Shown here in pieces: positions 26,349 to 36,974 of a stretch of DNA of 64,000 nt (positions within the stretch are counted from its first letter, which is position 1; every line of letters begins with the position of its first letter). Position numbers and translations under genes: made by a program. The stretch comes from Spirochaetia bacterium (GTDB lineage Bacteria > Spirochaetota > Spirochaetia > UBA9216): assembly GCA_965140585.1 (NCBI GenBank), contig OZ223264.1:236829-300828 (forward strand), read 5' to 3'. Under the pieces are notes generated by a model. It was given only the letters and a program-made list of their open reading frames with translations. It was not told where the DNA came from and did not search any database.

Positions 26349-27554
26349 TCAATAAATATAACTAATTCCTGTACTTACTGCGATTCTGCTGTATGTTTCG
26401 CCGGCTTCTGCAGTGAGCGCCCTGTCCCTTTCCCAGCTGAAGGTATCATCTCCGTCACCGGCGTTACTCAACAGGTAGGCGAAGAGGGTAAATCCTTCAA
26501 AAACATTCCATCCGACTCCTGCTGTTATTTCTGCTGAGAGGTCTGCAGGGGAGAATACTGATCTGGCTGATATGCTTAGAGTATCGCTTGGTGCATACAC
26601 GATTTCCGGGTAGAGATAGACACCGTAAGCAGGTGCATCAGAGCCTGTTTCCCAGGGGGTCTCTTCAAAGTCACCAAAGGGAGAGTAGAGTCCTTCAAGC
26701 CGGAAAGTTACAGTACTTATTGAGTTTATCTGCTGCATGTAGAAGATTCCGCCGCTCAAACTGAGGTTGTCTTTAAAGCTTTCGGTAAGTTCATCGCCTT
26801 CAACATCGGAAGATACTGCACTTCCGGCCGTCAGGTACCAGTCGGTGAACAGATTTCCCTGAAAGGAGACGTAAAACCGGTGTGCAGCATCTGTACTGCT
26901 TCCGCTGTAAAGATACCCGGCTTCAGTTTTGATATCCAGTACCTTCGTGTATATTCTGCCTCCGGCGGAAGCTGCCGCAATATCGCCGTAACTTATTCCG
27001 GCAACCGCTCCGGACACAGGATTTGTTATGAGGGAAGTTTCCGGCGTCAGGGCGACAGCTTCAATGAACGAGAAGCGGCCCAGCGGGACATTGACTGCTG
27101 TAAGCCAGGTTGTTTCAGTTCTGAGTTCATCGGCAGTCAAATCGACCGAAGTTCCGGTACTGCCGAACAGAAGATCTCCGGAATTGAACATGAAACCCTC
27201 ACCCCAGCTGAGCCGGGTTTTCCCGGCTGTTATTCTGAACAGGGGGAAGCGTGCCTTCACGTAAGCTTTGTCGAGTGTAACAATCGGAAGGCTGTAGCCG
27301 AGGGTTGCCGCAAGCTCAGGGTAGTTGAAACTGAACTGCAGTTCAGACTTAACGTTGCGGTTGCCTTCCGATTCAAATGAAAAGCCTCCGGCTCCGCTTG
27401 TCATCCAGGCCCAGTAATAATCATCCTCTGCTGCCGTGTCAGGAGTTCTGAATATGAGGTTGTTCACAGCCATATCCAGTGTAAGGCTGCCCTCGGCGAA
27501 GATTGCCGCGGGCAGTACTAATATCAGAATAATGAAAACTGTTTTTTTTACCAT
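26349..27554 (-). CDS. Putative outer-membrane beta-barrel protein
   Basis: Signal peptide, alternating beta-strand pattern, C-terminal aromatic (YIY). Last gene of the ABC/LolA-like operon. Confidence 0.5.
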   Translation of the reverse strand: MVKKTVFIILILVLPAAIFAEGSLTLDMAVNNLIFRTPDTAAEDDYYWAWMTSGAGGFSFESEGNRNVKSELQFSFNYPELAATLGYSLPIVTLDKAYVKARFPLFRITAGKTRLSWGEGFMFNSGDLLFGSTGTSVDLTADELRTETTWLTAVNVPLGRFSFIEAVALTPETSLITNPVSGAVAGISYGDIAAASAGGRIYTKVLDIKTEAGYLYSGSSTDAAHRFYVSFQGNLFTDWYLTAGSAVSSDVEGDELTESFKDNLSLSGGIFYMQQINSISTVTFRLEGLYSPFGDFEETPWETGSDAPAYGVYLYPEIVYAPSDTLSISARSVFSPADLSAEITAGVGWNVFEGFTLFAYLLSNAGDGDDTFSWERDRALTAEAGETYSRIAVSTGISYIY

Positions 27555-28291
27555 GAAAGTTCATCCAGTGAAAAAAGAGCCTGGTCGATATCAACATTAA
27601 TTCTTATATCGCTTATGCTCATTATCGTTTCTGAATCGCTTTTCATCTTGTCCGAGATTCTTGAGCTGGATACTATTTCGCGGCCGCCGACAATTATTGT
27701 TTCAAGCACTTCCATTTCCTTGAGCAGACGGCCTGATTTTGTTGAATATTCTCCCTTTCTGACAATATAATTTGACTTGTCAATCCATATCTTTTCTTTG
27801 GGGTAGGGGACTGTCCGGGTTTTCGCCTCAAGGCTTAGAATCCAGCATTTGTGTCCGTTCAGGGTCTCTTCGCCGATAATAGAGGTTTCGTACTGGGACA
27901 GCCGGTCGTTTCCGCCTGTCATATCCTCATAGGAGATGTCAGAACCCATCATCGACTGTCTGAGTGCGGACCCCTGCATTCTGATTATTTCCTCAGCATC
28001 CGGGTAATAGAGATATATTGAATCTTCGGTCTTCAGAATCTTCTGTCCCCGCTCTGCTGTGCTTGTAAACTCAAGAAGGGTTTCATCTGCACCGTTGGAC
28101 CAGGCGTTAAAGGTGCTGACCTTTGTTCCGAAGCGGTCCCTTACCTGAATTTCGCCGGACGATACTGAACTTTCAAATACCTGCCTCCGGTCGGATTCCG
28201 CCAGTATTTCATCAGCAGTCTGTGCATAGAGGGCTGAAGAACTTAAGATTATGAATATCAATATAAAAGGTTTAATAATATTTCTCATCAT
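27548..28291 (-). CDS. LolA-like outer-membrane lipoprotein-sorting family protein
   Basis: Signal peptide, about 247 aa. Typical position downstream of FtsX-type permeases in such operons. Confidence 0.55.
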   Translation of the reverse strand: MMRNIIKPFILIFIILSSSALYAQTADEILAESDRRQVFESSVSSGEIQVRDRFGTKVSTFNAWSNGADETLLEFTSTAERGQKILKTEDSIYLYYPDAEEIIRMQGSALRQSMMGSDISYEDMTGGNDRLSQYETSIIGEETLNGHKCWILSLEAKTRTVPYPKEKIWIDKSNYIVRKGEYSTKSGRLLKEMEVLETIIVGGREIVSSSRISDKMKSDSETIMSISDIRINVDIDQALFSLDELSW

Positions 28292-28312
28292 TTCCTCCTG
28301 TAAATAGAGTAT

Positions 28313-29539
28313 TTAAATATACCTGAGTGCTTCCACAGGTTCGATTCTTGCTGCCTTTCTTGATGGAATAAAAGTGGCAAGGGCCGCGATTACTACAGCA
28401 TAGAAATATACGAATATAGTTTTAGGTATGCTGAGGACCGGATACAGTACCGAGGATATTTCGAAATCCATTCCGGACATTGCATCGGTAAAATCAATAC
28501 CGACCTTCTTGAGGTACAGAGTGACGACTACACCCAGCAGCACACCGACTGCAGACCCTATTGCACTTATGAATGTCCCCTCAAGAAAGAATAGCCTGAT
28601 AAGTTCATTGCCATGCATGCCCATTGCCGACATAGTTCCGATCTCACGCATCCTTTCAAATATAACCATCATTGTAGTGTTTATTATTACGGTGCTTCCG
28701 AGTAGAAAGAATATGAATGCCATGATGTTGTACACATTCTCAGCCAGCTTAAGAAATCCGTACATATCATTCATTTCCAGAAGCGGGCTTATCTCAAAGT
28801 CCATTCCGTTCGATTTGTATTGCTGTATAAGTTCTGCCGTTTTTTTCTTCGGGTCAATTCCGTCTTTGAGTTTTATGATGATATCAAGGCTGTTATGGGG
28901 CATCCTAAGAAAATACTGGGCGCGGTCAAGCGGCATCCAGAAATACTTGGCATTCATAGTTGCTACAGGGAAGGTCGCAATTCCTGTAACTTTCAGTGTA
29001 ATTGCGTTTGTTCCCCGTGCGGCGGTTGTTGTCATAAGGGTGACCTTGTCGCCGATTTTCAGTTTCATATCGCGGGCAAGGACCGCGCCTATTATCATTT
29101 CATTTTTACCGTATTCCGGAAGGCGTCCCTCATGAACAATAGAGTTGATGTTAAGGTAGTCTTTTTCACGTTCGAGATCTACGCCTACACCGACTGCTCC
29201 GAAGTTTGAGCCGTTGAATGCTGCCGGAAAAGTTGTCCGGGGAGTCCATGCCTGAATATCGGAATCAGCATTGAGGATATCCTTTACGTCATCTACGTTA
29301 ACTGTAAGGTGAATCGGATTGTAGCGTTCAAATTCCGCAAAGTCCTTATTTCTGATTCTGATGTCGCCGGTGTAGAAGGATCTGAGGTTTTCAGACATGT
29401 CCGCACTCATTCCGCCTATGAAGGCGAATAATATGACTATACTCATTGCAGCGACAGCAATTGCTGTTCCTGACAGTATTGAGCGCCGTTTGTTTCTGCT
29501 TATATTCCGGAAGGCTGTTTTTGCAAGTTTCTGATTCAT
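28313..29539 (-). CDS. ABC transporter permease, FtsX/MacB-like
   Basis: N-terminal TM, large periplasmic domain, C-terminal 3-TM FtsX core. Confidence 0.8.
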   Translation of the reverse strand: MNQKLAKTAFRNISRNKRRSILSGTAIAVAAMSIVILFAFIGGMSADMSENLRSFYTGDIRIRNKDFAEFERYNPIHLTVNVDDVKDILNADSDIQAWTPRTTFPAAFNGSNFGAVGVGVDLEREKDYLNINSIVHEGRLPEYGKNEMIIGAVLARDMKLKIGDKVTLMTTTAARGTNAITLKVTGIATFPVATMNAKYFWMPLDRAQYFLRMPHNSLDIIIKLKDGIDPKKKTAELIQQYKSNGMDFEISPLLEMNDMYGFLKLAENVYNIMAFIFFLLGSTVIINTTMMVIFERMREIGTMSAMGMHGNELIRLFFLEGTFISAIGSAVGVLLGVVVTLYLKKVGIDFTDAMSGMDFEISSVLYPVLSIPKTIFVYFYAVVIAALATFIPSRKAARIEPVEALRYI

Positions 29540-29551
29540 TTCTTCCTCCTT

Positions 29552-30799
29552 CTACTGATGTCTCAGACATGCGGGGATGTCCATCGACAGGGCCTTTCCG
29601 GTGGGAAAGAAGGCAACCAGTGTTGAGATGATTGTGCCTGCAAAGAAGGCTCCAACCATAGTCAGCGGATTCCAGACCCCCCTCATTACACTCTGAATAC
29701 GGTAGCCGATATCCATGTCTCTGAGCAGAAATCCAAAGTCAAACCCTATTTCAACAACGTAGATATTCACCAGGATTCCCAGGATAATTCCGATTACAGA
29801 GCCGATAAGACCAATTCCTGCAGCCTCTGTCATGAATGTCATCCGTATTGCCTTGTCGCTCATGCCAAGAGCCCTCATCATTCCAAGCTCCCTGATGCGC
29901 TCAAAGATTGCCATCAGCATTGTGTTTGATATTCCAACAGCCGCTATTATAAATATCAGAAACAGAATCATTCCTGTTCCCCCTCGTTTGGCTTCGGCAA
30001 TGGCAAGAAAATCAGCCGCCATCACTTCCCAGTTAAGGGCTGTGTTCCCGCTTCCGGCAATAAGCTGCTGAATATCCTTTGTTGCCTGCGCAGTATCGGC
30101 ATTATCAGGCAGTTTTATGTTGATCTCGGTCACGGCCCCTTCCATCTCAAGATAGTAGTCGGCGGTGGTAATGGGCATCATGATGAGCGTGCGGTTTACA
30201 TTGGGGTTGGGGCAGTTTAAAATTCCGACTATCTCAAGATCTATTGCCTCGTAGAAGCCGCCGTTTCCCCTTGTTACGATGGTAACCCAGCTGCCCACCT
30301 TTGCGTTGATATCTTCGGCAAACCAGGACCCCATAAGTATTGCATCCTCTCCCGGTTCAAGAAAGCGGCCCTCTACAAGGGTGTCGCTGTAATGAAAGAC
30401 GTCGTAGTCGTGTTCCGGGTCAATTGCGGTAACCGTTGCCGGCATATTGCCGTCCTCTCCGAAATCCTGGGCATTTAAAATCAGATCTCCTGAGAACACG
30501 GTCCTTGGTGATGCTGTATAACCTGCTTCATCAAGCTTTTGAAGTATTTCATCAGGGTCTTCTATACTTATATCGAGCGGAAGCTGGAACCTGTCTTCCC
30601 AGTAATCTTCATCATAGATTCTTACAGAGGAAGTTTCATACCATTTCAGGTTTCGCACCGATTCATATTCCGCGCCTTTGAGCATTGAATCTACCATTAT
30701 GAACATCATGATTCCGAATGCTATGGCGCCCGCTGTTATGAGTGTCCTTCTCTTGTATCTTGTAAGGTTTTTAAATGCGAGTGTTACTATAAAACGCAT
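29552..30799 (-). CDS. ABC transporter permease, FtsX/MacB-like
   Basis: Same architecture as 28313..29539. Confidence 0.8.
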   Translation of the reverse strand: MRFIVTLAFKNLTRYKRRTLITAGAIAFGIMMFIMVDSMLKGAEYESVRNLKWYETSSVRIYDEDYWEDRFQLPLDISIEDPDEILQKLDEAGYTASPRTVFSGDLILNAQDFGEDGNMPATVTAIDPEHDYDVFHYSDTLVEGRFLEPGEDAILMGSWFAEDINAKVGSWVTIVTRGNGGFYEAIDLEIVGILNCPNPNVNRTLIMMPITTADYYLEMEGAVTEINIKLPDNADTAQATKDIQQLIAGSGNTALNWEVMAADFLAIAEAKRGGTGMILFLIFIIAAVGISNTMLMAIFERIRELGMMRALGMSDKAIRMTFMTEAAGIGLIGSVIGIILGILVNIYVVEIGFDFGFLLRDMDIGYRIQSVMRGVWNPLTMVGAFFAGTIISTLVAFFPTGKALSMDIPACLRHQ

Positions 30800-30802
30800 T
30801 TT

Positions 30803-31480
30803 TTACCTCCTTTCGTCGTTCTGAATCTGTCCGTCGTGCAGCAGTACAAGTCTTTTGGCATAATCCATAACCATTCTGTCGTGGGTGGAAAAAATAAAGG
30901 TTGTATTATATTTCTGATTCATTTCCTGCATCAGTTTAAGAATGTCTTCACCTGTTTCTGAGTCCAGGTTTGCTGTTGGCTCGTCGGCTAGAATGATTTC
31001 AGGGTGTTTGACCAGGGCTCTGGCGATGGCGACACGCTGCTGCTGTCCGCCTGACAGCCGGTCGGGTCTGCGGTTTTCCATTCCCTTCAGGCCTACTTCT
31101 TTGAGAATCCCCATGCTGCGGGATCTAACCTCCTCTTCTTTCAGATCAAGAAGAGAGAGGGCAAAGGCTACATTTTCATAGGCTGTCAGGACGGGTATCA
31201 GGTTATAGGTTTGAAAGATGAATCCAAGGTTTTTTCGCCGGAATTCGGTCTTTTCCTTCTTGCTCATCCTGGATACAGGAACTCCCTTAATTGAGATTTC
31301 ACCTGAATCGAGGGCGTCTATGCAGCCGATCAGGTTGAGAAGGGTTGTCTTTCCCGAGCCTGACGGGCCTGCTATTGATATAAATTCACCTGAGTCAATG
31401 TTCAGAGAAACGCCCTTAAGCGCCTGAACTTCTGTTTCTCCGGCTTTGTAGGTTCTTACGACTGAATCAATCTTTATCAT
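30803..31480 (-). CDS. ABC transporter ATP-binding protein (LolD/MacB-type)
   Basis: Walker [10 protein letters not shown], signature [15 protein letters not shown], Walker B ILADEPT. Confidence 0.9.
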   Translation of the reverse strand: MIKIDSVVRTYKAGETEVQALKGVSLNIDSGEFISIAGPSGSGKTTLLNLIGCIDALDSGEISIKGVPVSRMSKKEKTEFRRKNLGFIFQTYNLIPVLTAYENVAFALSLLDLKEEEVRSRSMGILKEVGLKGMENRRPDRLSGGQQQRVAIARALVKHPEIILADEPTANLDSETGEDILKLMQEMNQKYNTTFIFSTHDRMVMDYAKRLVLLHDGQIQNDERR

Positions 31481-32534
31481 TTAATTTCTCCTTACTAAGC
31501 GCTGCAGTGCCCATTACGGTTCCGAGGTTCATGCTGTCCAAAACCGATGACGGCATCAGCATCATTGAGCTGTTCTTTCTTAATCCCTCATAAACGATAT
31601 TCATAGCCCTAAGCTGCAGGGCTTCCGGATTTTCCCTGTATTTTTCAGCAGCCTTCTCGTATCGTTCGGCTACTTCGACCTCGGCTTCGGCCAGTATTAC
31701 CCTTGATTTACGTTCCCTTTCAGCCTGTGCCTGCTTGCTGAGTGAGTCCTCAAGCTCTTTGGGTATGATTATGTCGGTAATCTCAATGGATAAAATAGTT
31801 ACACCCCATGGGTTGGTCTTGTTGTCCAGGATTTTCTGTATTTCCTTTCCAAGCTCATCCCGTTCAGAGAGCAGTGTTGCAAGATCGTATTTACCTATTG
31901 AGTCACGAAGAGCTGTCTGGGCTGACAGAATAACAGCTTCCAGGTAATTTTCCACTTCAAGGATGGCCTGTTTGGCATCCCAGATCATCCAGAAAGCCAG
32001 TGCATCAACGTGGACCGGCACAGTGTCTCTGGTGAGTGTTTTTTCCGCACTGAAGTCGGTGGCTCTGATTCTTGTATCAACAAAAGCTGCGGTCCGATCA
32101 AGCAGCGGCAGAAGCAGGAATAAGCCCGGTCCATGTACCTTCTGGAACCGTCCCATGCGCAGGATAACAACCTTATCCCACTGATATACAAGTTCTACGG
32201 ATGCAGAAAGAAGCAGCCCTATGGAAGCTGCGGCGGCTATGGGGTAGAAGCTAATATCGTAAAATGCAATGAGTCCGATCCAATCTGCGCAAATTACAAC
32301 TATCACCATTATCCACAGTGGTATAACGGCAATAACTACACCGCTTAAGAGTGCCGCGGATGCGATAAATACAATATCCTGCATCAGGGCATCCGGAACT
32401 ACTTTCAGCTGTATAAGCAGTCCCGCCGTAATTATTATGCCCAGTACCAGAAATGATACAGCACTGTAGCTGAAGTCTCTTGATATTACGGTTTTACTGA
32501 AGTTTTTAATTCGATCAAATTTGGGTTCAAACAT
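31467..32534 (-). CDS. SPFH/band-7 (stomatin-like) membrane protein
   Basis: SPFH core (VVILRMGRF...AEAEVEVAERYEKAAEKY) after N-terminal TM helices. Start moved to M18 to avoid overlap with GntR. Confidence 0.75.
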   Translation of the reverse strand: MFEPKFDRIKNFSKTVISRDFSYSAVSFLVLGIIITAGLLIQLKVVPDALMQDIVFIASAALLSGVVIAVIPLWIMVIVVICADWIGLIAFYDISFYPIAAAASIGLLLSASVELVYQWDKVVILRMGRFQKVHGPGLFLLLPLLDRTAAFVDTRIRATDFSAEKTLTRDTVPVHVDALAFWMIWDAKQAILEVENYLEAVILSAQTALRDSIGKYDLATLLSERDELGKEIQKILDNKTNPWGVTILSIEITDIIIPKELEDSLSKQAQAERERKSRVILAEAEVEVAERYEKAAEKYRENPEALQLRAMNIVYEGLRKNSSMMLMPSSVLDSMNLGTVMGTAALSKEKLNDKD

Positions 32535-32949
32535 GCTCACCCTCCTTCTCCTTGTTTCCAGCTTCATGAAGCTGAAGGTATTCAATTATTTCGTTTAATG
32601 TGAAGCCATAAGACCCGGCTTTGGATATGAATGATTTGACTATTGATGAAAGGACTTTTTCTCTTCTGATTTCGTCAAGCTCAACCTTTTTTCCGCTAAT
32701 GAATGTTCCGGTTCCCTGCTGGGTAGTTACTATTCCCCTTATTTCAAGTTCATTATATGCCCTTGCAACTGTGTTGGGATTGATACGGAGCTCTACTGCA
32801 AGACTGCGTACTGTCGGAAGCTGTTCTCCGGTAACCAGCCTGCCGTCGGCTATTGCCATCTCGATCTGCAGGATTACCTGTTTGTAGAACGGAACACCGC
32901 TTTTAGGATCAAGGCTGAATTTTATTTTATTAAAACCGCTATCTGCCAC
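32527..32949 (-). CDS. GntR-family (YtrA-like) transcriptional regulator
   Basis: HTH YKQVILQIEMAIADGRL...LPTVRSLAVELRINPNTVARAY. Confidence 0.85.
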   Translation of the reverse strand: MADSGFNKIKFSLDPKSGVPFYKQVILQIEMAIADGRLVTGEQLPTVRSLAVELRINPNTVARAYNELEIRGIVTTQQGTGTFISGKKVELDEIRREKVLSSIVKSFISKAGSYGFTLNEIIEYLQLHEAGNKEKEGEHV

Positions 32950-33078
32950 CTTTATTCCCCGTTAGTAAAAATTGTATTAAAACCTTAGTACAATAAAACT
33001 ATAGTTCTTTCAAACATGTCTGTCAACAAATTTCAACGATATTTTGATTATCAGCAGTAAATAGGCTATAATTCAGCC

Positions 33079-33420
33079 ATGTTATATACATTATTGGTTC
33101 CGATTGCGGGAATTTCCCTACTTGTTTTGATGGTTCTGACTGTCCTGTTCGGTCTGAGAGTTATCAAGGTTAAAATGAAGGTTCACCGGGCCACCGGCTA
33201 TGCGGTGCTGGTTCTTGCGGCCTTTCATGGAGTTTTTGGATGGCTGACATTTTTTCCCTACTTCCTTCCTAACATTATTTCAGGTACGGTTCTGTTTTTA
33301 CTTATACTCACAAATATCCTTTTATGGAGAGCAAAAAAGATCAAGTTCAAGACTCACCGTCTTCTTGGTATTATTTCAATGGTAATTGCTCTGCTGCATG
33401 GATTATTCGGAATCCTGTAG
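33079..33420 (+). CDS. Small four-TM membrane protein
   Basis: Hydrophobic segments only. Confidence 0.4.
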   Translation: MLYTLLVPIAGISLLVLMVLTVLFGLRVIKVKMKVHRATGYAVLVLAAFHGVFGWLTFFPYFLPNIISGTVLFLLILTNILLWRAKKIKFKTHRLLGIISMVIALLHGLFGIL

Positions 33421-33470
33421 ATTTTTAGGCAGAAATTTAATAGCATAAACATATTTATTCAGGAGATTAT

Positions 33471-33956
33471 ATGAGCGGATGTCCCTGCGGAAGCGGAAAA
33501 AGCTACACAGCATGCTGTGAACCGTATATAAAAGGAAAGTCTTCAGCCCCTACGGCGGAAGCGCTGATGAGAGCAAGATATACTGCCTATGTTAAACAGG
33601 AAATTGATTTTATAGAGGCTACTCACAGCCAGGAGCGCCGAAACCGGCTTGATATTAAAGAAACTGAAAAATGGGCCCGTGAGTCTGAATGGCTGGGGCT
33701 TGAGATTCTAAAAACTGAGCAGGGGCAGCCCGGTGATGAGACCGGTATTGTTGAGTTTATTGCTAAATTCAGACAGGACGGCACTGACTACGATCATCAT
33801 GAAGTGAGTACTTTTAACAGTGTTGACGGAAAATGGTTTTTCAATGACGGATATACCCCCTCTGCAACTGTTGTACGGGATTCTCCCAAAGTAGGCAGAA
33901 ACGATCCCTGTCCCTGCGGCAGCGGAAAGAAATACAAGAAGTGCTGCGGCGCCTGA
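33471..33956 (+). CDS. YchJ-like protein with two SEC-C motifs
   Basis: [13 protein letters not shown] at the N-terminus and [14 protein letters not shown] at the C-terminus. Confidence 0.75.
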   Translation: MSGCPCGSGKSYTACCEPYIKGKSSAPTAEALMRARYTAYVKQEIDFIEATHSQERRNRLDIKETEKWARESEWLGLEILKTEQGQPGDETGIVEFIAKFRQDGTDYDHHEVSTFNSVDGKWFFNDGYTPSATVVRDSPKVGRNDPCPCGSGKKYKKCCGA

Positions 33957-34001
33957 GCCCGGAATAAACACGGGTATGCCGGGCTGAATATTACTCTTTA
34001 T

Positions 34002-34316
34002 TTATAAGAAATTGAGCAGCATCATGTAAACTGCTGTTCCTCCGAAGATACTTACCAGCGGATGCCTGAACAGCAGGTGTAAAACGGTTACGGCCGCCGC
34101 ACCGGCCCAGGGCGTCCAGCTGCCGCCTGACAGCATTCCGCTATTAATAGGGAGACTTGTCAGTACAAGAACAGTCATTACGGCTCCCGGAATCAGTCTT
34201 GCTCCGGAAAGCAGCCACTGCGGAGGCTTCCGTTTTGAGAACAGAAGGAAGGGGAAGGCTCTTGTGAACTGGGTTGCCGCAGTCATCACAACAATTGCAA
34301 TAATTATTCTATACAT
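34002..34316 (-). CDS. azlD: AzlD-family branched-chain amino-acid transport protein
   Basis: About 100-aa polytopic membrane protein overlapping the azlC-like gene. Confidence 0.6.
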   Translation of the reverse strand: MYRIIIAIVVMTAATQFTRAFPFLLFSKRKPPQWLLSGARLIPGAVMTVLVLTSLPINSGMLSGGSWTPWAGAAAVTVLHLLFRHPLVSIFGGTAVYMMLLNFL

Positions 34317-35013
34317 CTGCGGCCTCTCTGCTTTTTTCAGGCTTTTTTTTCATAAAAAAGCATCCGACTGAGCTTGTGATAATTCCAAAAAGAAGTGCCT
34401 GATCCCTGAATCCCAGAACTATCAGCAGAATCACTGCAGCCCCTGCAAGGATAAATGGCTCCGGCCGCCTCAGTGTTTTTATCTGCTCTATCATCAGTAC
34501 AATGAAAAGAGCGGTTAATGCAAAATCAAGTCCCGGAGCATTCCAGCTTATTACAGACCCGAAAGCCGCTCCCAGCAGTCCTCCGAGTGTCCAGTAGCCC
34601 TGGTTAAGCGCTGTTATATAGAAATCAAATCTCTCAGGATCGGTGCCTGCGGGCGGGGTTATTGTTGTGAACAGTGCGTATGTTTCATCGGTGAGACCGA
34701 AAATAAGATACTTTTTAAATTTTTTAAAAGGGGCAAACCTTTCCAGCAGTGAGAAGCCGTACACCATATGCCGTGCATTCAGCAGGAATATTGCAAGGCC
34801 CATTTCAAAAAGTCCCGCTCCGCTTGTTATAAGGCTGATGGCCATGAACTGGGCGGCACCGGCGAAGATCGTAAGGCTCATGATAGGTGCCCAATACCAC
34901 TGCAGCCCCGATTTTACAAGAAGAAAGCCGTATGCAAAGCCGATTGAAATGTATCCGAAGAATACAGGTGCCGAGGCTTTCAGTGCATGAGGAAAAGTTT
35001 TTAACGACTTCAT
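34309..35013 (-). CDS. azlC: AzlC-family branched-chain amino-acid permease
   Basis: About 230-aa multi-TM protein of AzlC type, directly upstream of azlD. Confidence 0.7.
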   Translation of the reverse strand: MKSLKTFPHALKASAPVFFGYISIGFAYGFLLVKSGLQWYWAPIMSLTIFAGAAQFMAISLITSGAGLFEMGLAIFLLNARHMVYGFSLLERFAPFKKFKKYLIFGLTDETYALFTTITPPAGTDPERFDFYITALNQGYWTLGGLLGAAFGSVISWNAPGLDFALTALFIVLMIEQIKTLRRPEPFILAGAAVILLIVLGFRDQALLFGIITSSVGCFFMKKKPEKSREAADV

Positions 35014-35068
35014 TATTTACCGATAATACCCGAATTGGAATTGCGGGTAAAGGAGGGAATCCTTCGTT

Positions 35069-36295
35069 CTATTCTATTCTTCTGAGTTCTTCCGCTTCGC
35101 CGGCAGCAAGGTTACTGCATTTTACTGAAGTAAACATATTTCTACCGTTTTCCTTGGAGTAGTAAAGAGCAGTGTCTGCCAGACTGATAATATTCTCAAT
35201 CGCTGAGAAGTCCGCGGATGTATGCGGGTGTGCTGTAAATACTCCGCCTGAAATGGTAACATTAATGTTTTTGCCACCGGCATTAAAGGGTATCTCCGAT
35301 ATTTTTTCTCTTATCCGCTTTACGAAGTCTTTGATAAACTCCTCCCGGGTATGACGAAGAATCAGCATGAACTCCTCTCCTCCCCAGCGTATCAGAATGT
35401 CATTCGACCTGATAATAGAAACTAATCTTTTGCTGAATTCCTGAAGAACAAGGTCTCCAATTTCATGACCGTAGGTATCGTTAACTTTCTTAAAGTGGTC
35501 GAGATCCAGAAGTAAAACTGCATAGCAGTCGTTTGCACAGCTGTCTGCAGTTCGCTGGACAGGCTCTGATCCTGCAGGACCTGTGAATTTAATAAAATCA
35601 ATAATCTCCGGCTTGATTATACTGTCAAAGAAAAGCCTGTTTTTAAGACCTGTAAGATGATCGGTCAATGATAATTCCTCAACCTTTTTATGACTCAGAA
35701 AGGTTTTTCTATTGGCTTCCTGAATTATGGCTGTTGCCAGGATGCCGATTAACAGCATTGTGACCAGATAGATTATTTTGACAAGACTTCGGATCGGATC
35801 GTCAACAACGAAGACACTGTCCACAATTATTGCAGAGATTACAACAATCAAACCGGTTATTGTTGCCGGTTTGATAGGGATTTTTCCTGTTCCAAAAAAG
35901 AAAATAAGGATTTGAGTTATCCCGTAAAAGTAAAGTCCTGCATACTCGCTTTCCCGCGCTATGTATTCCATTGCAATGACAGCCCCGGATGAAATCAGAA
36001 CTAATATTATAATCAGTAAAAGTGGATGATTCTTAAAATACACTATATAGGTTAGTAAATAGGCTGCCAGACAATAAGGAAGGAATATTCCAAGGCGGAT
36101 AATCAGAAATGATTTAAATAGATTTCCGAATAGCAGAAAATCCAGCGGCAGATATACTGTGAACAGAGCCGCTCCAATTATTATTATCATCCGTAACTGT
36201 TCCGGACTATTGAGCGAACGCCTGAATTCTGTTTCAGTTTTAATATCCTTGAAATGCAGTCCGGTTTTAAATTGTTCGCTGAATATTTTCATCAT
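35069..36295 (-). CDS. Membrane-anchored diguanylate cyclase (GGDEF)
   Basis: N-terminal 6-TM region. GGDEF domain with RWGGEEFMLIL. Confidence 0.8.
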   Translation of the reverse strand: MMKIFSEQFKTGLHFKDIKTETEFRRSLNSPEQLRMIIIIGAALFTVYLPLDFLLFGNLFKSFLIIRLGIFLPYCLAAYLLTYIVYFKNHPLLLIIILVLISSGAVIAMEYIARESEYAGLYFYGITQILIFFFGTGKIPIKPATITGLIVVISAIIVDSVFVVDDPIRSLVKIIYLVTMLLIGILATAIIQEANRKTFLSHKKVEELSLTDHLTGLKNRLFFDSIIKPEIIDFIKFTGPAGSEPVQRTADSCANDCYAVLLLDLDHFKKVNDTYGHEIGDLVLQEFSKRLVSIIRSNDILIRWGGEEFMLILRHTREEFIKDFVKRIREKISEIPFNAGGKNINVTISGGVFTAHPHTSADFSAIENIISLADTALYYSKENGRNMFTSVKCSNLAAGEAEELRRIE

Positions 36296-36408
36296 TTAAG
36301 TATATATTAATTGTTCAGACTTTCAACGAAATCAAAATTTTCCATGACTAAAAATCCCTTAGGAGTTATAATCAATAAAGAAATATCAGTATTGCAGCAG
36401 GTAAAGTA

Positions 36409-36972
36409 ATGGGAAAAGAACAACCGGAGCGGATCTTAGGCGCAAATATCCGCAAATTAAGGAAAAAACGCGGGATTTCGCTTCAGGATATTGCGGCCAA
36501 TACCGGAGTATCAAAAAGTTTCATCTCCCAGGTTGAAAACGGAAAGACCCAGCCTTCACTCTCCACCTTGATAAGTATAGCTGAATATCTGGATACAAGT
36601 ATAAATACACTTCTTGATGATCACAGCCCTGAACCCGGCCCCATGGTTAAGGAAGATGAACAGAAAACAGTAATATACGCCGACGGCATAGTCATGAATA
36701 TGCTCACAAAATCAGAAACCTATAAGCAGATTCAGCCTATCCTGTATGAACTTGAGGCCGGGGCGAGCTCCGGAAAAAAACAGTATCAGCATTTCGGTCA
36801 GGAGTTTGTTTATATTATCGAAGGATGTCTTGAGATTGAACTCGGCGGTGAGATTTATAATCTGGAAAAAGGCGACAGCCTGTACTTCAATTCAACAGTT
36901 CCGCATAGTTTCAGAAACAAGTCCTGTGAACTTACCAAAGCTCTCTGGATAGATACCCCGGCAACCCTGTAG
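36409..36972 (+). CDS. XRE-family transcriptional regulator with C-terminal cupin domain
   Basis: HTH LRKKRGISLQDIAANTGVSKSFISQVENGK. Cupin fold in the C-terminus. Confidence 0.8.
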   Translation: MGKEQPERILGANIRKLRKKRGISLQDIAANTGVSKSFISQVENGKTQPSLSTLISIAEYLDTSINTLLDDHSPEPGPMVKEDEQKTVIYADGIVMNMLTKSETYKQIQPILYELEAGASSGKKQYQHFGQEFVYIIEGCLEIELGGEIYNLEKGDSLYFNSTVPHSFRNKSCELTKALWIDTPATL

Positions 36973-36974
36973 TC

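Noticed and set aside
30942-32469. Numerous 60-90 aa ORFs antisense to the ABC ATPase and SPFH genes
   Set aside because: All lie inside longer ORFs with clear family motifs on the opposite strand.
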